Source: an uncultured Deinococcales bacterium (GTDB taxonomy: Bacteria > Deinococcota > Deinococci > Deinococcales > JAAFIG01). Taken from it: a stretch of 16,588 bases of DNA. Below are positions 1 through 9,465 of this stretch, piece after piece. Position 1 is the stretch's first letter, and the number at the start of each line of letters is the position of its first letter. The notes under the pieces were generated by a model. The model saw only the letters and a list, made by a program, of their open reading frames with translations, did not search any database and was not told the DNA's origin. Location of the stretch: assembly GCA_964244895.1 (NCBI GenBank), contig CAXTKV010000115.1, forward strand, positions 1 through 16,588, written 5' to 3'. Made by a program: the position numbers and the translations under genes.

Positions 1-136
1 CGTCGCTCGGGCGCTGCTCGGGCAGCCTAGTCTCGAATCGTCGGTGGTTTGTGATTCGGGCAGACAATCCGAACGGAATGGGCATGGAGGCACTTCGCCT
101 TGAGAGGCTTGAGATCGCGTGCTGGAGGCTGTTCAT
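1..136 (-). CDS. Possible 5' end of a hypothetical protein running off the left edge (MNSLQHAISSLSRRSASMPIPFG...)
   Basis: ATG at 136-134 with GGAG about 10 nt upstream and an open frame to the window edge. No recognisable motif. Confidence 0.35.
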   Translation of the reverse strand, partial: MNSLQHAISSLSRRSASMPIPFGLSARITNHRRFETRLPEQRPSD

Positions 137-173
137 ATCTGTCAGTCTCCGTCTAATACCGTGCTGAGGGTAT

Positions 174-207
174 GGGACGTGACAACCCGGTCGGGTTGTC
201 ACGTCCC
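174..207. repeat. Perfect 16-bp inverted repeat (hairpin or operator)
   Basis: GGGACGTGACAACCCG-GT-CGGGTTGTCACGTCCC; the arms are exact reverse complements. Confidence 0.85.
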
Positions 208-610
208 TGGACACAAGTTCCGATTGCCTCGCATCAACATTGACGGTCCGCGAGATCGGCCACGCGACGTGCTCGAGAACCCGAACGTCTACATCCCGCC
301 TGGTCCGCCGATCGATCGTCAACGGCTCAGAGCGCCGTTTCGTCGCGCGGCAGCCGTGGGGCGAAGCGCTGCGCCATACGCTGCTCTCGATCTCGCTCCG
401 CCCGGCCCACCTGACGGGATAGATCGCGGTGCTGGGCGCGACCATCCGCCCGTGCCCGTTTGTCTGGCAGGTCTCAGAGGAGGCCGAGGTGGAGCAGGAC
501 AACCCGCTGGGGTTCGCGTACGGTTCGACGTGCGAACCGCGCATCGCCTGAATACGTATTCCGGTTCGCACTCGCGCCCGATTGGAGCGAAACTCGATTT
601 TGGAACCCTG

Positions 611-718
611 GTGAGCGACCCGCAACCCCCGCCCGCACGAACCATCGAGATCAGGGCATACCGAAGCTCAGACCGCCCGGTGGTGCGGCGCATCGCGTAC
701 CTGACCGGGCTGTTCGGC
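611..718 (+). pseudogene. N-terminal fragment of a GNAT-family acetyltransferase-like gene
   Basis: The GTG-started segment ...IEIRAYRSSDRPVVRRIAYLTGLFG resembles the beta1/alpha1 start of GNAT proteins (IRxY...DR..V..I). The frame then becomes non-protein-like, Ser/Arg-rich sequence. Confidence 0.4.
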
Positions 719-911
719 TCACGCTCGACCGACGCACGGAGCTGTCCAAAAGGCCGGAACTCACGATCAAGCTCGATCTCGCGCGCGTCCAACAGACAGG
801 CCAGATCAGCCAGAACTTCCTCTTTTGTGAGCCTGTCAAAAACCAGACGTTCTGGGGGGTTGTCGCCCCTGAAACGCCGGCTTCGGCGGCGATTCCAAGC
901 GACCGATCCCT

Positions 912-1409
912 CTAGGACTTCGCGTTCTTCAAACGTTTCGACTCGCCAGCACCCTGGAGGCCGACCGCTTTCTTTACGAGCGCGCCGATCTTTGCTTCGT
1001 CGGTGGCAGTCAACTCCTTCAGCGCAAAAGCGACCGGCCAGAGGCTGCCTTCGTCGAGCTTCGCTGTGTCGTTGAAACCGAGTGTCGCGTACCTCGTGTT
1101 GAACTTCTGCGCGCTCTGGAAGAAGCAGACGATCTTGCCATCCTTGCCATCCCCGGCATACGCGGGCATCCCGTACCAGGTTTTCGGCGAGAGGGCTGGC
1201 GCGTTGGCCTTGATGATCTCGTGGATCCGCTTGGCCATGGTGCGATCCGGTTCTTGCATCTCGGCGATCTTCGCGAGGACGTCGCTTTCGCCCTCCGCCC
1301 TGTCCTTGTCCGCGCGCGCTTCGGCCTTCAGCTCTTTGGCGCGCTGCCTCATCGCGGCCCGTTCCTCGTCCGTGAACCCGTCGGCGGCCCGACCCGTGCT
1401 GCCCTTCAT
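912..1409 (-). CDS. DUF1801 (YdhG-like) domain protein
   Basis: Family-typical [60 protein letters not shown]. The start overlaps the upstream VOC stop (ATGA). Confidence 0.9.
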   Translation of the reverse strand: MKGSTGRAADGFTDEERAAMRQRAKELKAEARADKDRAEGESDVLAKIAEMQEPDRTMAKRIHEIIKANAPALSPKTWYGMPAYAGDGKDGKIVCFFQSAQKFNTRYATLGFNDTAKLDEGSLWPVAFALKELTATDEAKIGALVKKAVGLQGAGESKRLKNAKS

Positions 1410-1840
1410 TGCGGGCCTCCGCTCAACCGTTTCGAAGCTCCTTGGACGCGAACCAGGTTGCCCGCAGGATCGCGGAAGGCGCAGTCGCGAACGCCGTAAG
1501 GCTGCTCGGTCGGCTCCTGGACGACCTCGGCACCGCTGGCCTGGATTCGATCGAAGACGCCCTCAAGGTCGGTGGCCGCAAGCAGGAGGGTGGCGTAGGT
1601 ACCCTTGGCCATCATCTCGGCGATGGTGCGGCGCTCGTCGTCGGTGAGCCCTGGGGTGGCGACCGGCGGGTAAAGCACGATGGACGTGCCAGGCTGGTCG
1701 GTGGAACCGAGGGTGATCCAGCGCATCCCGTTGTACCCCACATCGTTGCGAACCTCGAAGCCGAGGGTGTCGCGGTAGAAGGCCAGGGAGGCGTCTGCAT
1801 CGTTGTGCGGCAGGAAACTCGCGTGAATGGTGATGTTCAT
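1406..1840 (-). CDS. VOC family (glyoxalase/bleomycin resistance-like) protein
   Basis: [34 protein letters not shown]...[26 protein letters not shown]. The true start is taken as ATG 1840 (TAGAAT lies 7 nt upstream), not 2038. Confidence 0.92.
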   Translation of the reverse strand: MNITIHASFLPHNDADASLAFYRDTLGFEVRNDVGYNGMRWITLGSTDQPGTSIVLYPPVATPGLTDDERRTIAEMMAKGTYATLLLAATDLEGVFDRIQASGAEVVQEPTEQPYGVRDCAFRDPAGNLVRVQGASKRLSGGPQ

Positions 1841-1845
1841 GGCGG

Positions 1846-2295
<450 letters not shown>

Positions 2296-2384
2296 CGGCA
2301 AGAGTCTACTTCCTCGCCCCCTGCGAGATCGGGCGCTCGTGCGCCTCGGAGCGCAGGCTGGTTTTTGGGTCAGCCAGAACCTGT

Positions 2385-2687
2385 GCGCTCGAGGGACGCT
2401 GGGGACCTCCGTTCGCCATGATCACCGAGGGCGATTTGTGCGTCTGGCCGAGCGGGCCGGGAACGTCGGCGGCCAAACCGATGCCCGACGGTCGCCAGCC
2501 CTCGCCCAGCGGTTGGAATCGGTTGGTGATCGAGGTCGGCGATCTCGAGATTGTGGTCGCGCGCATGAAGCAGGCTGGCGCGCCATGTCGAAACGAGAAT
2601 GTGAGCGAACCGGACGGTGAGCAGATTCTGGACGATGATCCCAGCGGAAACCCGATTGAGCTGCTCGAGGCTTCGCGGGACGCGTGA
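2385..2687 (+). pseudogene. N-terminally truncated, decayed VOC family gene
   Basis: The frame reads LEGRWGPPFAMITEGDLCVWPSGPGTSAAKPMPDGRQPSPSGWNRLVIEVGDL...QILDDDPSGNPIEL. VOC similarity extends upstream of the ATG at 2418, but the first beta-strand/helix (VRY.V.DV..A..FY) is absent and the usual GPGG reads EPDG. Confidence 0.75.
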
Positions 2688-2732
2688 TCCGAAGTCGCTG
2701 CCGTCGGCGAGGGTTCAGGGCTTCGGTCAGCC

Positions 2733-3761
2733 TCAGCGCGAGCCGGGGGGTAATGCCTGATACGCCCCGAGCGGGCCGTCGGGCACGAGGCCGTCGCGCT
2801 GGTACATCTGGTACGCCCTGACGATCAGGCTCCCACCCTCCAGCGCCTTGCCTTGGCGCTGGTAGACCAGCCCCAGCACGTAGGTCGCCAGCGGATTCTC
2901 CGGTGCCAGACTGACGGCTCGCTCGAGGAAATTGGCCGAGGCCGCTCGCCCCTCAACCGTCTTGGGGCCGTTGATGAACCCGCCCGGCACGCGCTCTCCG
3001 CGGTAGTAAAAGTATTGCGAGCGGATGTAGTTCCACGGCAGCAGTTGCACCGCCGAGGGCGAAACCGTTTCACCGTTCAGCGCGCGGTAACCGCCGATCG
3101 TGTTGTCCGGGTTGTAACGGGCCTCCACGAAGCGGTACTGGCCGTTCACCAGCGTGAACAGGCCGGGGTGCGGGTAGAACGGCGTCGGCTCGGACGCGTC
3201 CACCAGAACGTCGCGCCCGTCCGCGAGGCGAAGCACCGCGACCATGTGGCCGAGGTTGCTGGCCTGACCCGCCGGGTTCTTCCAGACCATTACGATGCCC
3301 GCATCGAGGCCCGCGCTCTGCAGCATGCCCGAGATCAGGGTCGATTGCAGCAAGCACTGGCGCTCGCCTTTGGAGACGGTGTAGGCGAACTCGTAACCGC
3401 GCTCCAGGCTGAAGTTGGGGATGGTGGCCTTGATCAGCTTGTGGAGCCACGCGCCGGTGTCCAACTCGAGCTGGCTGCGGGCGGAACCCTGGAGCGCGGC
3501 CAGTTCAGTCGCGCGCTGTTGCAGCGCTTCGCGCAAGGAGAGTTGGGGAAAGCCCGGTAATTTGGCGGCTGGGGTGGCGGCGTAGCGCGCCTCGAACCAG
3601 GCGTAAAAGTCCGGGAGGCTCTTGTCACCGACCACTGCGTAGGACTCGCTGATCAGGGAGCTCATGGCCTGTGAACCGTAGGCGAACTGCGCCGGTTGAT
3701 TCTGGGCGAGCGACCCGGAGAGCATCAGGCTCAACAAGGCGATCAGGATTCGAGGTTTCAT
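2733..3761 (-). CDS. Secreted protein with transglutaminase-like Cys-His-Asp core and C-terminal TPR
   Basis: Signal peptide MKPRILIALLSLMLSGSLA|Q. The only Cys is in ERQCLL, with His at +36 (NLGHMV) and Asp 16 residues further (VLVDAS). TPR-like FLERAVSLAPENPLATYVLGLVYQRQGK. Confidence 0.7.
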   Translation of the reverse strand: MKPRILIALLSLMLSGSLAQNQPAQFAYGSQAMSSLISESYAVVGDKSLPDFYAWFEARYAATPAAKLPGFPQLSLREALQQRATELAALQGSARSQLELDTGAWLHKLIKATIPNFSLERGYEFAYTVSKGERQCLLQSTLISGMLQSAGLDAGIVMVWKNPAGQASNLGHMVAVLRLADGRDVLVDASEPTPFYPHPGLFTLVNGQYRFVEARYNPDNTIGGYRALNGETVSPSAVQLLPWNYIRSQYFYYRGERVPGGFINGPKTVEGRAASANFLERAVSLAPENPLATYVLGLVYQRQGKALEGGSLIVRAYQMYQRDGLVPDGPLGAYQALPPGSR

Positions 3762-3972
3762 GGCCGCCAGACTACATGAAGCGCGCTCGACGCGATGGAA
3801 CCCGACGGAGGCCCGGAGTGCCTGAAAATGCGGCGATTTTCTGACCGAAAAATCGGTGCAAGCCCGTCGACGGGCTCATCCCTGCGGACGGGGCGCCGCC
3901 GTTTGGCGATGATGCCGACGGTGCGAATTCCGGATCGCGTACGCGCGAGGCTGAAGCCCTCGCCGTTCCGGC

Positions 3973-4917
3973 TCAATGCAGACGCGCCTTGAAAAAGGCC
4001 GTCGCCCTCGAGATCAGCAACGCGTCCGAGGAACCGTGAAACGTGTGCCCGGCCTTCGGGTACGTGAAACACTCGACCACCTTGCCGAGGGCCTTGAGTT
4101 TTCGGCACAGCTCGAGCGACCAGGCGAGCGGCACTTGATCGTCGCGCTCGCCGTGGTGGACGCTGACGGCGGCCCGAATCCGCTCGAGGAACCCGATCGG
4201 CGAGATTTGCGCGAGTTGCGAGGGGGTCGCCTTGAGTTCCTCGAGTCCGCGCGTCCCACCCGACAGGACGCTCGAGATGCGCAGGAAGTTGCGCCGTTCG
4301 TCACCGCCCATCGCGCCGTACAGCAAGGCCGCCCGGATGCCGGGATCGACGGTCATCACGCGCAGGGCGATCCCGCCACCCATGCTGTGCCCGAAGAGTC
4401 CGATCGACCTCGGGTCGGCGCTCGCGAGCGCACCGGGCTCGCCGCCCCAACGGCGCAGGCTGGCGATCAGGTTCAGCACGTCCACCGCGTACCCGACGCG
4501 GAACAGCGGGTCGGCTCGGCCCTGCGACGGGCGGTGCCCGCGCAGGTTGGGGTGCACCACCACGAAGCCCGCCCGCGCCAGCGCGTCGGCGTAGCGGGTG
4601 GTGTAGGCCAGGGTTCGGTAGCTGGCCGGGTCGAGGTAGCCGTGAATCACGATCACCACCGGGTGCGCTCCGCGAGCGGTGGGGATGTCGATGAAGCCGT
4701 ACTGGCGCGCACCGTCGCTCTGCCAGCGAAGGAGCGAGCGGGTGAAGCCCGCCTGACGCTCGAGGACGCGCTCGAGCACGAGCGGGCCGCCGTCGTAGGT
4801 GCGAGCCGAGAGGGACGCGATTCCGAGCGGATCTGGGGGCTGGAGGGATTGCGCCTGGATGCTCAAGCATCCGAGGGCGCCGATCGAGACGATCAGCCCG
4901 CGGCGAAAGTTGTTCAC
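3973..4917 (-). CDS. Secreted alpha/beta hydrolase (S9 peptidase/esterase-like)
   Basis: Signal peptide, VIVIHGY oxyanion region, GHSMGG nucleophile elbow, HGERDDQVP (Asp) and AGHTF (His). Confidence 0.9.
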   Translation of the reverse strand: MNNFRRGLIVSIGALGCLSIQAQSLQPPDPLGIASLSARTYDGGPLVLERVLERQAGFTRSLLRWQSDGARQYGFIDIPTARGAHPVVIVIHGYLDPASYRTLAYTTRYADALARAGFVVVHPNLRGHRPSQGRADPLFRVGYAVDVLNLIASLRRWGGEPGALASADPRSIGLFGHSMGGGIALRVMTVDPGIRAALLYGAMGGDERRNFLRISSVLSGGTRGLEELKATPSQLAQISPIGFLERIRAAVSVHHGERDDQVPLAWSLELCRKLKALGKVVECFTYPKAGHTFHGSSDALLISRATAFFKARLH

Positions 4918-4957
4918 ACCTCAGATCGAACCATACCCTCCGACCGGGCGGAATACC

Positions 4958-4980
4958 CAGATACACAGATACACAGATAC
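4958..4980. repeat. 8-bp tandem repeat (CAGATACA)x~3 upstream of the hydrolase
   Basis: CAGATACA CAGATACA CAGATAC(G), preceded by a degenerate GGAATACC unit. Confidence 0.8.
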
Positions 4981-5138
4981 GCGAACGGCAGGGGCTCGAG
5001 CGCCGGCACCGGCGTCACCCGACCGGGCCGAGGATCGACCCGCGACGCCGCGGACTTTAAATTCAGGATCACGGGTTCGCGGTTTCTGCGTCGCGTTCGC
5101 TCCCGGTACCGATGCTGGAGCGACCCGAGGCGTTTCGT

Positions 5139-5828
5139 CTACGGGCCGCGCTTGACCGCGTACCGCTTGGTGGGTCGCCCCACCCCACCGTGGGCCACCT
5201 CGAGCGAGACGAAGCCGATGCGGGCCAGGTGTTCGAGGTAACGCCAGGCGGTCACGCGGTTCAGGCCGACCCGCGCCCCGACCTCCTCGGCGCTCAGGGG
5301 TTCGTTGGCCTCGAGCAGCGTTTCCCTGACCCGCTCGAGGGTGGCCGGATCGACGCCTTTGGGCAAGTGCGCGTCCGAGGCGTGCCCGAGCAACCGATCC
5401 AGCCGCGCCTGCGTCAGGTTGCGCCCCTCGCGAATGGCCTCGCGCTCGCGGTAACGCCCGAGCGCTTGGCGCAACCGCGGGCGCTCGAAGGGCTTGATCA
5501 GATAGTCCAGGACTCCGTCTCGCAGGGCGATCTGCACCGAATCCACGTCGCTGGCGGCGGTGATCATGATCACCTCGAAAGACAGGCGTTCGGCGCGCAG
5601 CCGGTGAACCAGCTCCAGACCGCTGCCGTCGGGCAGGTAGACGTCCACCAGTAGCAGATCGGGCGCGAGCGACCGGGCGAGCGCCAGGCCTTCGCGAACG
5701 CTCTCGGCCTGTCCAACCACGAAGAAATCTTTTTCGGCCTCGACCATCTCGCGGTTGACGCGCGCCACCCAGAGGTCGTCCTCGATGAGGATCGCGCGGG
5801 CGGGTCGCGTCGAACTTCGGGCGTTCAT
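5139..5828 (-). CDS. CitB/DcuR/DctR-family response regulator
   Basis: Receiver domain IEDD...DLLLVDVYLPDGSG...ITAA...DYLIKPF, family-typical LPKG linker, and HTH LSAEEVG..VGLNRVTAWRYLEHL...GVGRP..Y. Confidence 0.93.
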   Translation of the reverse strand: MNARSSTRPARAILIEDDLWVARVNREMVEAEKDFFVVGQAESVREGLALARSLAPDLLLVDVYLPDGSGLELVHRLRAERLSFEVIMITAASDVDSVQIALRDGVLDYLIKPFERPRLRQALGRYREREAIREGRNLTQARLDRLLGHASDAHLPKGVDPATLERVRETLLEANEPLSAEEVGARVGLNRVTAWRYLEHLARIGFVSLEVAHGGVGRPTKRYAVKRGP

Positions 5829-7516
5829 CGCGGGTCGACGTCCGCGAGGGCGCTGGACGGAAGGCTCACCTGGAAGACCGTCAGACCGTCGCGCTCGAGG
5901 TGAACGACCGTCCCGCCGCGCGATTCGACCCGCTGCCGGACGAGGAAAAGCCCCAGGCCCCGCGACGCACCGCGCGTCGAGAAGCCGCGCTCGAAGATGC
6001 GCCCCAGCGCGGCGGGCCGCACGCCTGGGCCGCCGTCGCAGACCTCGATCTGCGCGCCGTCCGGGTCTTCACCGAGGGTCAACGTGACCGCCGAGGCTGG
6101 ACGCTCGAGCGCGGCATCGAAGGCGTTCTCCAACAGGTTACCGACCACCGGCACGAGCACGTCGGTCGCCAGCCGATCCCAGGCGCTCGAAAGGCCGGAG
6201 CCGGGTTCCAGCGAGAACGGAATCCCGAGTTCTCGGGCGCGCTCGAGCTTGCCGATCACCAGCGCGGCCAGTTTGGGCACTTCGATATCGCTGATCGCCT
6301 CGCGCACGGCGTCCTTCTGCGCGGATTCGTGCTGAATCAGCGCCAGCGCATCGAGCGGGCGCCCGAGCTGGATCAACCCGGCGATGGTGTGCAGGCGGTT
6401 CATGAACTCGTGCGTCTGGGCGCGAAGCAAGTCGGCGTACTCGCGCGTCTGGGTCAGTTCCTCGGCGATGCGCGTGACCTCCGCGCGGTCGCGAAAGGTC
6501 ACGACGCGCCGATCCTCCGAGGCCCGCAGGACGCGCACCAGCACGGGCATCCCCGAGGCCGAGAGCGCCTGGTTGATCGCGTTGGAGTCGCCCTCGAGTA
6601 ACCCGCTGGCGGCGAGCTCCGGCCAGGTCTCGCGGATCGGTGCGGGCAGGATGGTCTGCGGCTCGAGGCGCAACATCTCGGCGGCGCGAGGGTTCAGGAT
6701 CAAGATCTTTCCGCCCGCGTCCAGCACGATCACGCCCTCCTGGAGGGCGCTCAGCACGGCGCGGTGCTGCAAGACGAGCGCGGCGATCTCGTCCGGCTCG
6801 AGTTCGAGCAACTCGCGCTTGAAGCGCCTCGAGATCACGATGCTGCTCGAGAGCGCCAAGCCGAGCGCCAGCCCGAACCACGGCCAGAGCGTTCGGCTGA
6901 CGCGCGCGACGGTCGTCTGCACGGTCGGCAACAGGTAACCGGTCGAGACGAGCCCGATCACGCGCCCGTTCGCATCGCGGATCGGCACCTTGCCGCGCAC
7001 GGACAACCCCAGCCCGCCCAGCGCGACCGTGATGATCTCGCGCCCGGCCAGGGGCTCGAGCGTGTCCGAGGCGGGTTCGCTGCCCTCCATCATCGAACGC
7101 CCGATCTTTTCGGGCTGCGGGTGCGAAAGCCGGATGCCGTGGACATCGCCGACCACGATGAAATCCGCGCCGACCCGCCGGCGAATCCGGTTGGCGAGCG
7201 GATCGATGGTGCTCGAAGGCGCAGCTGACGTCGCGATCGCGCCCACCACCTCCGGCATGGCGGCGACGATCCTCGAGATGGCGAGCGCGCGCTCCCCGAA
7301 TTCCTCGCGGGTCGAGCGCTCGAGTACGAGCGTCAACGTCGCGGCCAGCACCAGCGTCAGCAGCGTGACCACGCCCGCCTGCCACAGGAACAACCTCGCC
7401 TGAATCCCGAGCGACCACCCGTTGCCGCGCGGCGGCACGACATCGCGCGTGCTGGCTGGCCACCCCGCGCGAGACCTCGAGCGTCCTTTGGTGTTGTCGC
7501 GTACCCGGACGCTCAC
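5825..7516 (-). CDS. CitA/DcuS/DctS-family sensor histidine kinase
   Basis: Two TM helices flank an sCache-like domain (DFIVVGD..GIRLSHP..EKIG, SVRGKVPI), followed by PAS (LQEGVIVLD), H-box RAQTHEFMNRLHTIAGL, N-box GNLLENAFDA and G boxes DGGPG/GFST/GLGL. GGAGG precedes the GTG start; the stop overlaps the regulator start. Confidence 0.93.
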   Translation of the reverse strand: MSVRVRDNTKGRSRSRAGWPASTRDVVPPRGNGWSLGIQARLFLWQAGVVTLLTLVLAATLTLVLERSTREEFGERALAISRIVAAMPEVVGAIATSAAPSSTIDPLANRIRRRVGADFIVVGDVHGIRLSHPQPEKIGRSMMEGSEPASDTLEPLAGREIITVALGGLGLSVRGKVPIRDANGRVIGLVSTGYLLPTVQTTVARVSRTLWPWFGLALGLALSSSIVISRRFKRELLELEPDEIAALVLQHRAVLSALQEGVIVLDAGGKILILNPRAAEMLRLEPQTILPAPIRETWPELAASGLLEGDSNAINQALSASGMPVLVRVLRASEDRRVVTFRDRAEVTRIAEELTQTREYADLLRAQTHEFMNRLHTIAGLIQLGRPLDALALIQHESAQKDAVREAISDIEVPKLAALVIGKLERARELGIPFSLEPGSGLSSAWDRLATDVLVPVVGNLLENAFDAALERPASAVTLTLGEDPDGAQIEVCDGGPGVRPAALGRIFERGFSTRGASRGLGLFLVRQRVESRGGTVVHLERDGLTVFQVSLPSSALADVDPR

Positions 7517-7658
7517 GTCAAGCCTCCAGCCCGTCCCCCAAGAAGTGTGATGCCCTCAGTCTACGCGCGAGCCCGAGCCAAATCCTGAACCCGCCCGTGG
7601 GCGTGCCGAGCGTCCCGTCTCCAGCATTCAGCTCGAGAATTCGTTCAGGACAGTCTTT

Positions 7659-8513
7659 TTACTCGCTCAAGACCGCCGGACGCCATTTGATCAGCCGATT
7701 CTCGAGCGCCGTGATCAACCCTTCCGCCGTCAACGCGACCGTCGCCAGGATCAGCATCGAGGCGAACACGCCCGCCGCGTTGAAACTGCCCTGAGCGGTC
7801 GCGATCATCAGCCCGATGCCGTGCCGCGAACCCAGGAACTCGCCCACCACCGCACCGACCAGCGCGAAGCTGAAGCTGATGTGCAAGCTGGCCAGAATCC
7901 AGCTCATGGCCGAGGGGATGATCACGGAGGTCGTGACCTGGCGCGGGCTCGCGCCCAGGATGCGGGCATTCGCGATCAGGTTCCGATCCGCCTCGCGCAC
8001 GCCCTGGAACGCGTTGCCGAAGACCACGAAAAAGACCATCACGACCGCCAGCGCGACCTTCGATTGCATCCCGAGCCCCAGCGTGATCACGAAGATCGAG
8101 CCCAGCACCACGCGCGGGATCGAGTTGGCGATGCGGATGTAGATGCTGAACACATCCGCCAAGAGCTTGTTGCGCCCCAGCGCGATGCCCGCGATGATGC
8201 CCAGCACCGCGCCGATCAGGAAGCCCAGCACGGTCTCCTCGAGCGTCACCAGAATTTCGAGCCACAAGGGTCCCTGGGATGTGCCATCGCGCGCCCAGAC
8301 CCAGACCTGCTCGAGCACCTTTGAAGGCATGGCGAAGAAGAACGGGTCGATCACCTTGAGCCGCGCCAAGCCTTCCCAGCCGCCCAGCGTCACGACCAGC
8401 ACGGCCACGCGCAGCGCGTTCACCAACTGCGAACGACGCCTGATCTGCTCGCGCGCCTGCACCTCGGCGGGGCTCGGCGCGGCGATCTGCGCGGCAGCGT
8501 TCGGCGCGGTCAC
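7659..8513 (-). CDS. NitT/TauT (SsuC/TauC-like) ABC transporter permease
   Basis: Multiple TM segments, NSIPRVVL, EAA-like loop NARILGAS..Q and GAVVGEFLGS..GIG. Confidence 0.93.
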   Translation of the reverse strand: MTAPNAAAQIAAPSPAEVQAREQIRRRSQLVNALRVAVLVVTLGGWEGLARLKVIDPFFFAMPSKVLEQVWVWARDGTSQGPLWLEILVTLEETVLGFLIGAVLGIIAGIALGRNKLLADVFSIYIRIANSIPRVVLGSIFVITLGLGMQSKVALAVVMVFFVVFGNAFQGVREADRNLIANARILGASPRQVTTSVIIPSAMSWILASLHISFSFALVGAVVGEFLGSRHGIGLMIATAQGSFNAAGVFASMLILATVALTAEGLITALENRLIKWRPAVLSE

Positions 8514-9349
8514 GCCGTCCCCCGCGCGCTGGAAAGCCGCTTGGATGTCTCGTAGGCGACCAGGACTTCCTCGCGCAGGTCGTTCCAGATGGTCTTGGAC
8601 AGCTCGACGAAGTGCGGGTCGTAACGAATTTCACTCGTGACCCTCGGGCGCGGCAGGTCGATGTCGTAGACGGCCTTGACCGTCGCCGGGCCGGAGGTCA
8701 GCACGAAGACGCGATCCGAGAGCGCGATCGCCTCCTCGAGATCGTGCGTCACGAAGACCACCGACGCGCCGCTCGAGGCCCACAGGTTCAGCAACTCGTC
8801 CTGCATCAGCACGCGCGTCTGCACGTCGAGCGCGCTGAAGGGCTCGTCCATCAGCATGATCTCGGGCTCGTTGATGAAGGTCTGCGCCAGCGCCACGCGC
8901 TTGCGCATTCCGCCGGAAAGCTGGTGCGGATAATGCCCCTCGAAACCCGCCAGCCCGACGCGCCCCACCCAATCCCGCGCCTTGGCCAACGCCTCGCGCC
9001 TCGGCGTACCGCGAAAAAGGGGCCCGGAGGCGACGTTCTCGAGCACGCTCTTCCACGGGAAGACCGCGTCCTGCTGGAACACGAAGCCGATGCGCGGGTC
9101 GATCTTCGTGACGGGCTGACCCATGACGCGCACCTCGCCATCGTTGGCCCGAGCCAACCCGGTAATCAGCCCGAGCGTGGTGGATTTGCCGCAGCCCGTC
9201 GGGCCGACCACCGCGCAGAACTCGCCCTTCTTGACCGTCATCGAGAAATCGCGCAGCGCCGTCAGCATCGACCCGTCCGGCGTGACGAAGCGCCGACTGA
9301 CGTGGCTGAGTTCGATGGCCGTATTCGGATCGGAAATCGTTTGTGTCAC
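8510..9349 (-). CDS. NitT/TauT (SsuB/TauB-like) ABC transporter ATP-binding protein
   Basis: Walker A GPTGCGKST, signature LSGGM, Walker B MLMDEPFSALD, H-loop VTHD, and C-terminal DLPRPR. Confidence 0.95.
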   Translation of the reverse strand: MTQTISDPNTAIELSHVSRRFVTPDGSMLTALRDFSMTVKKGEFCAVVGPTGCGKSTTLGLITGLARANDGEVRVMGQPVTKIDPRIGFVFQQDAVFPWKSVLENVASGPLFRGTPRREALAKARDWVGRVGLAGFEGHYPHQLSGGMRKRVALAQTFINEPEIMLMDEPFSALDVQTRVLMQDELLNLWASSGASVVFVTHDLEEAIALSDRVFVLTSGPATVKAVYDIDLPRPRVTSEIRYDPHFVELSKTIWNDLREEVLVAYETSKRLSSARGTA

Positions 9350-9392
9350 CCTTCACCCCTCTCCTGATTGCGTCCGGCTCGGGCCTCATATC

Positions 9393-9447
9393 CGAGAACA
9401 CCGTCCAGCACGATGTCGACTGAATCGCGTCCTGGACGGTGTTCTCG
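9393..9447. other. Intercistronic stem-loop between the substrate-binding protein and ATPase genes
   Basis: CGAGAACACCGTCCAG (9393-9408) and CTGGACGGTGTTCTCG (9432-9447) form a perfect 16-bp stem with no adjacent U-tract. Confidence 0.75.
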
Positions 9448-9465
9448 AGCCGTACGCTCGGGCCG

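Noticed and set aside
831..847. GCCTGTCAAAAACCAGA resembling the Deinococcus RDRM (DdrO box)
   Set aside because: Lacks the terminal TT/AA and the symmetry, and is not upstream of an intact gene.
119..1075. 318-aa plus-strand ORF
   Set aside because: Arg/Ser/Pro-rich, no coherent domain, and it overlaps the DUF1801 gene antisense. Only a short GNAT-like stretch looks real.
4958..4980. Tandem repeat as CRISPR or iteron array
   Set aside because: Units are 8 bp with no spacers, and no cas or rep gene is present.
9397..9443. Hairpin arms contain AACACCGTC/GACGGTGTT, like operator 2 half-sites
   Set aside because: Spacing is far greater than N10 and the location is intercistronic; probably coincidence.
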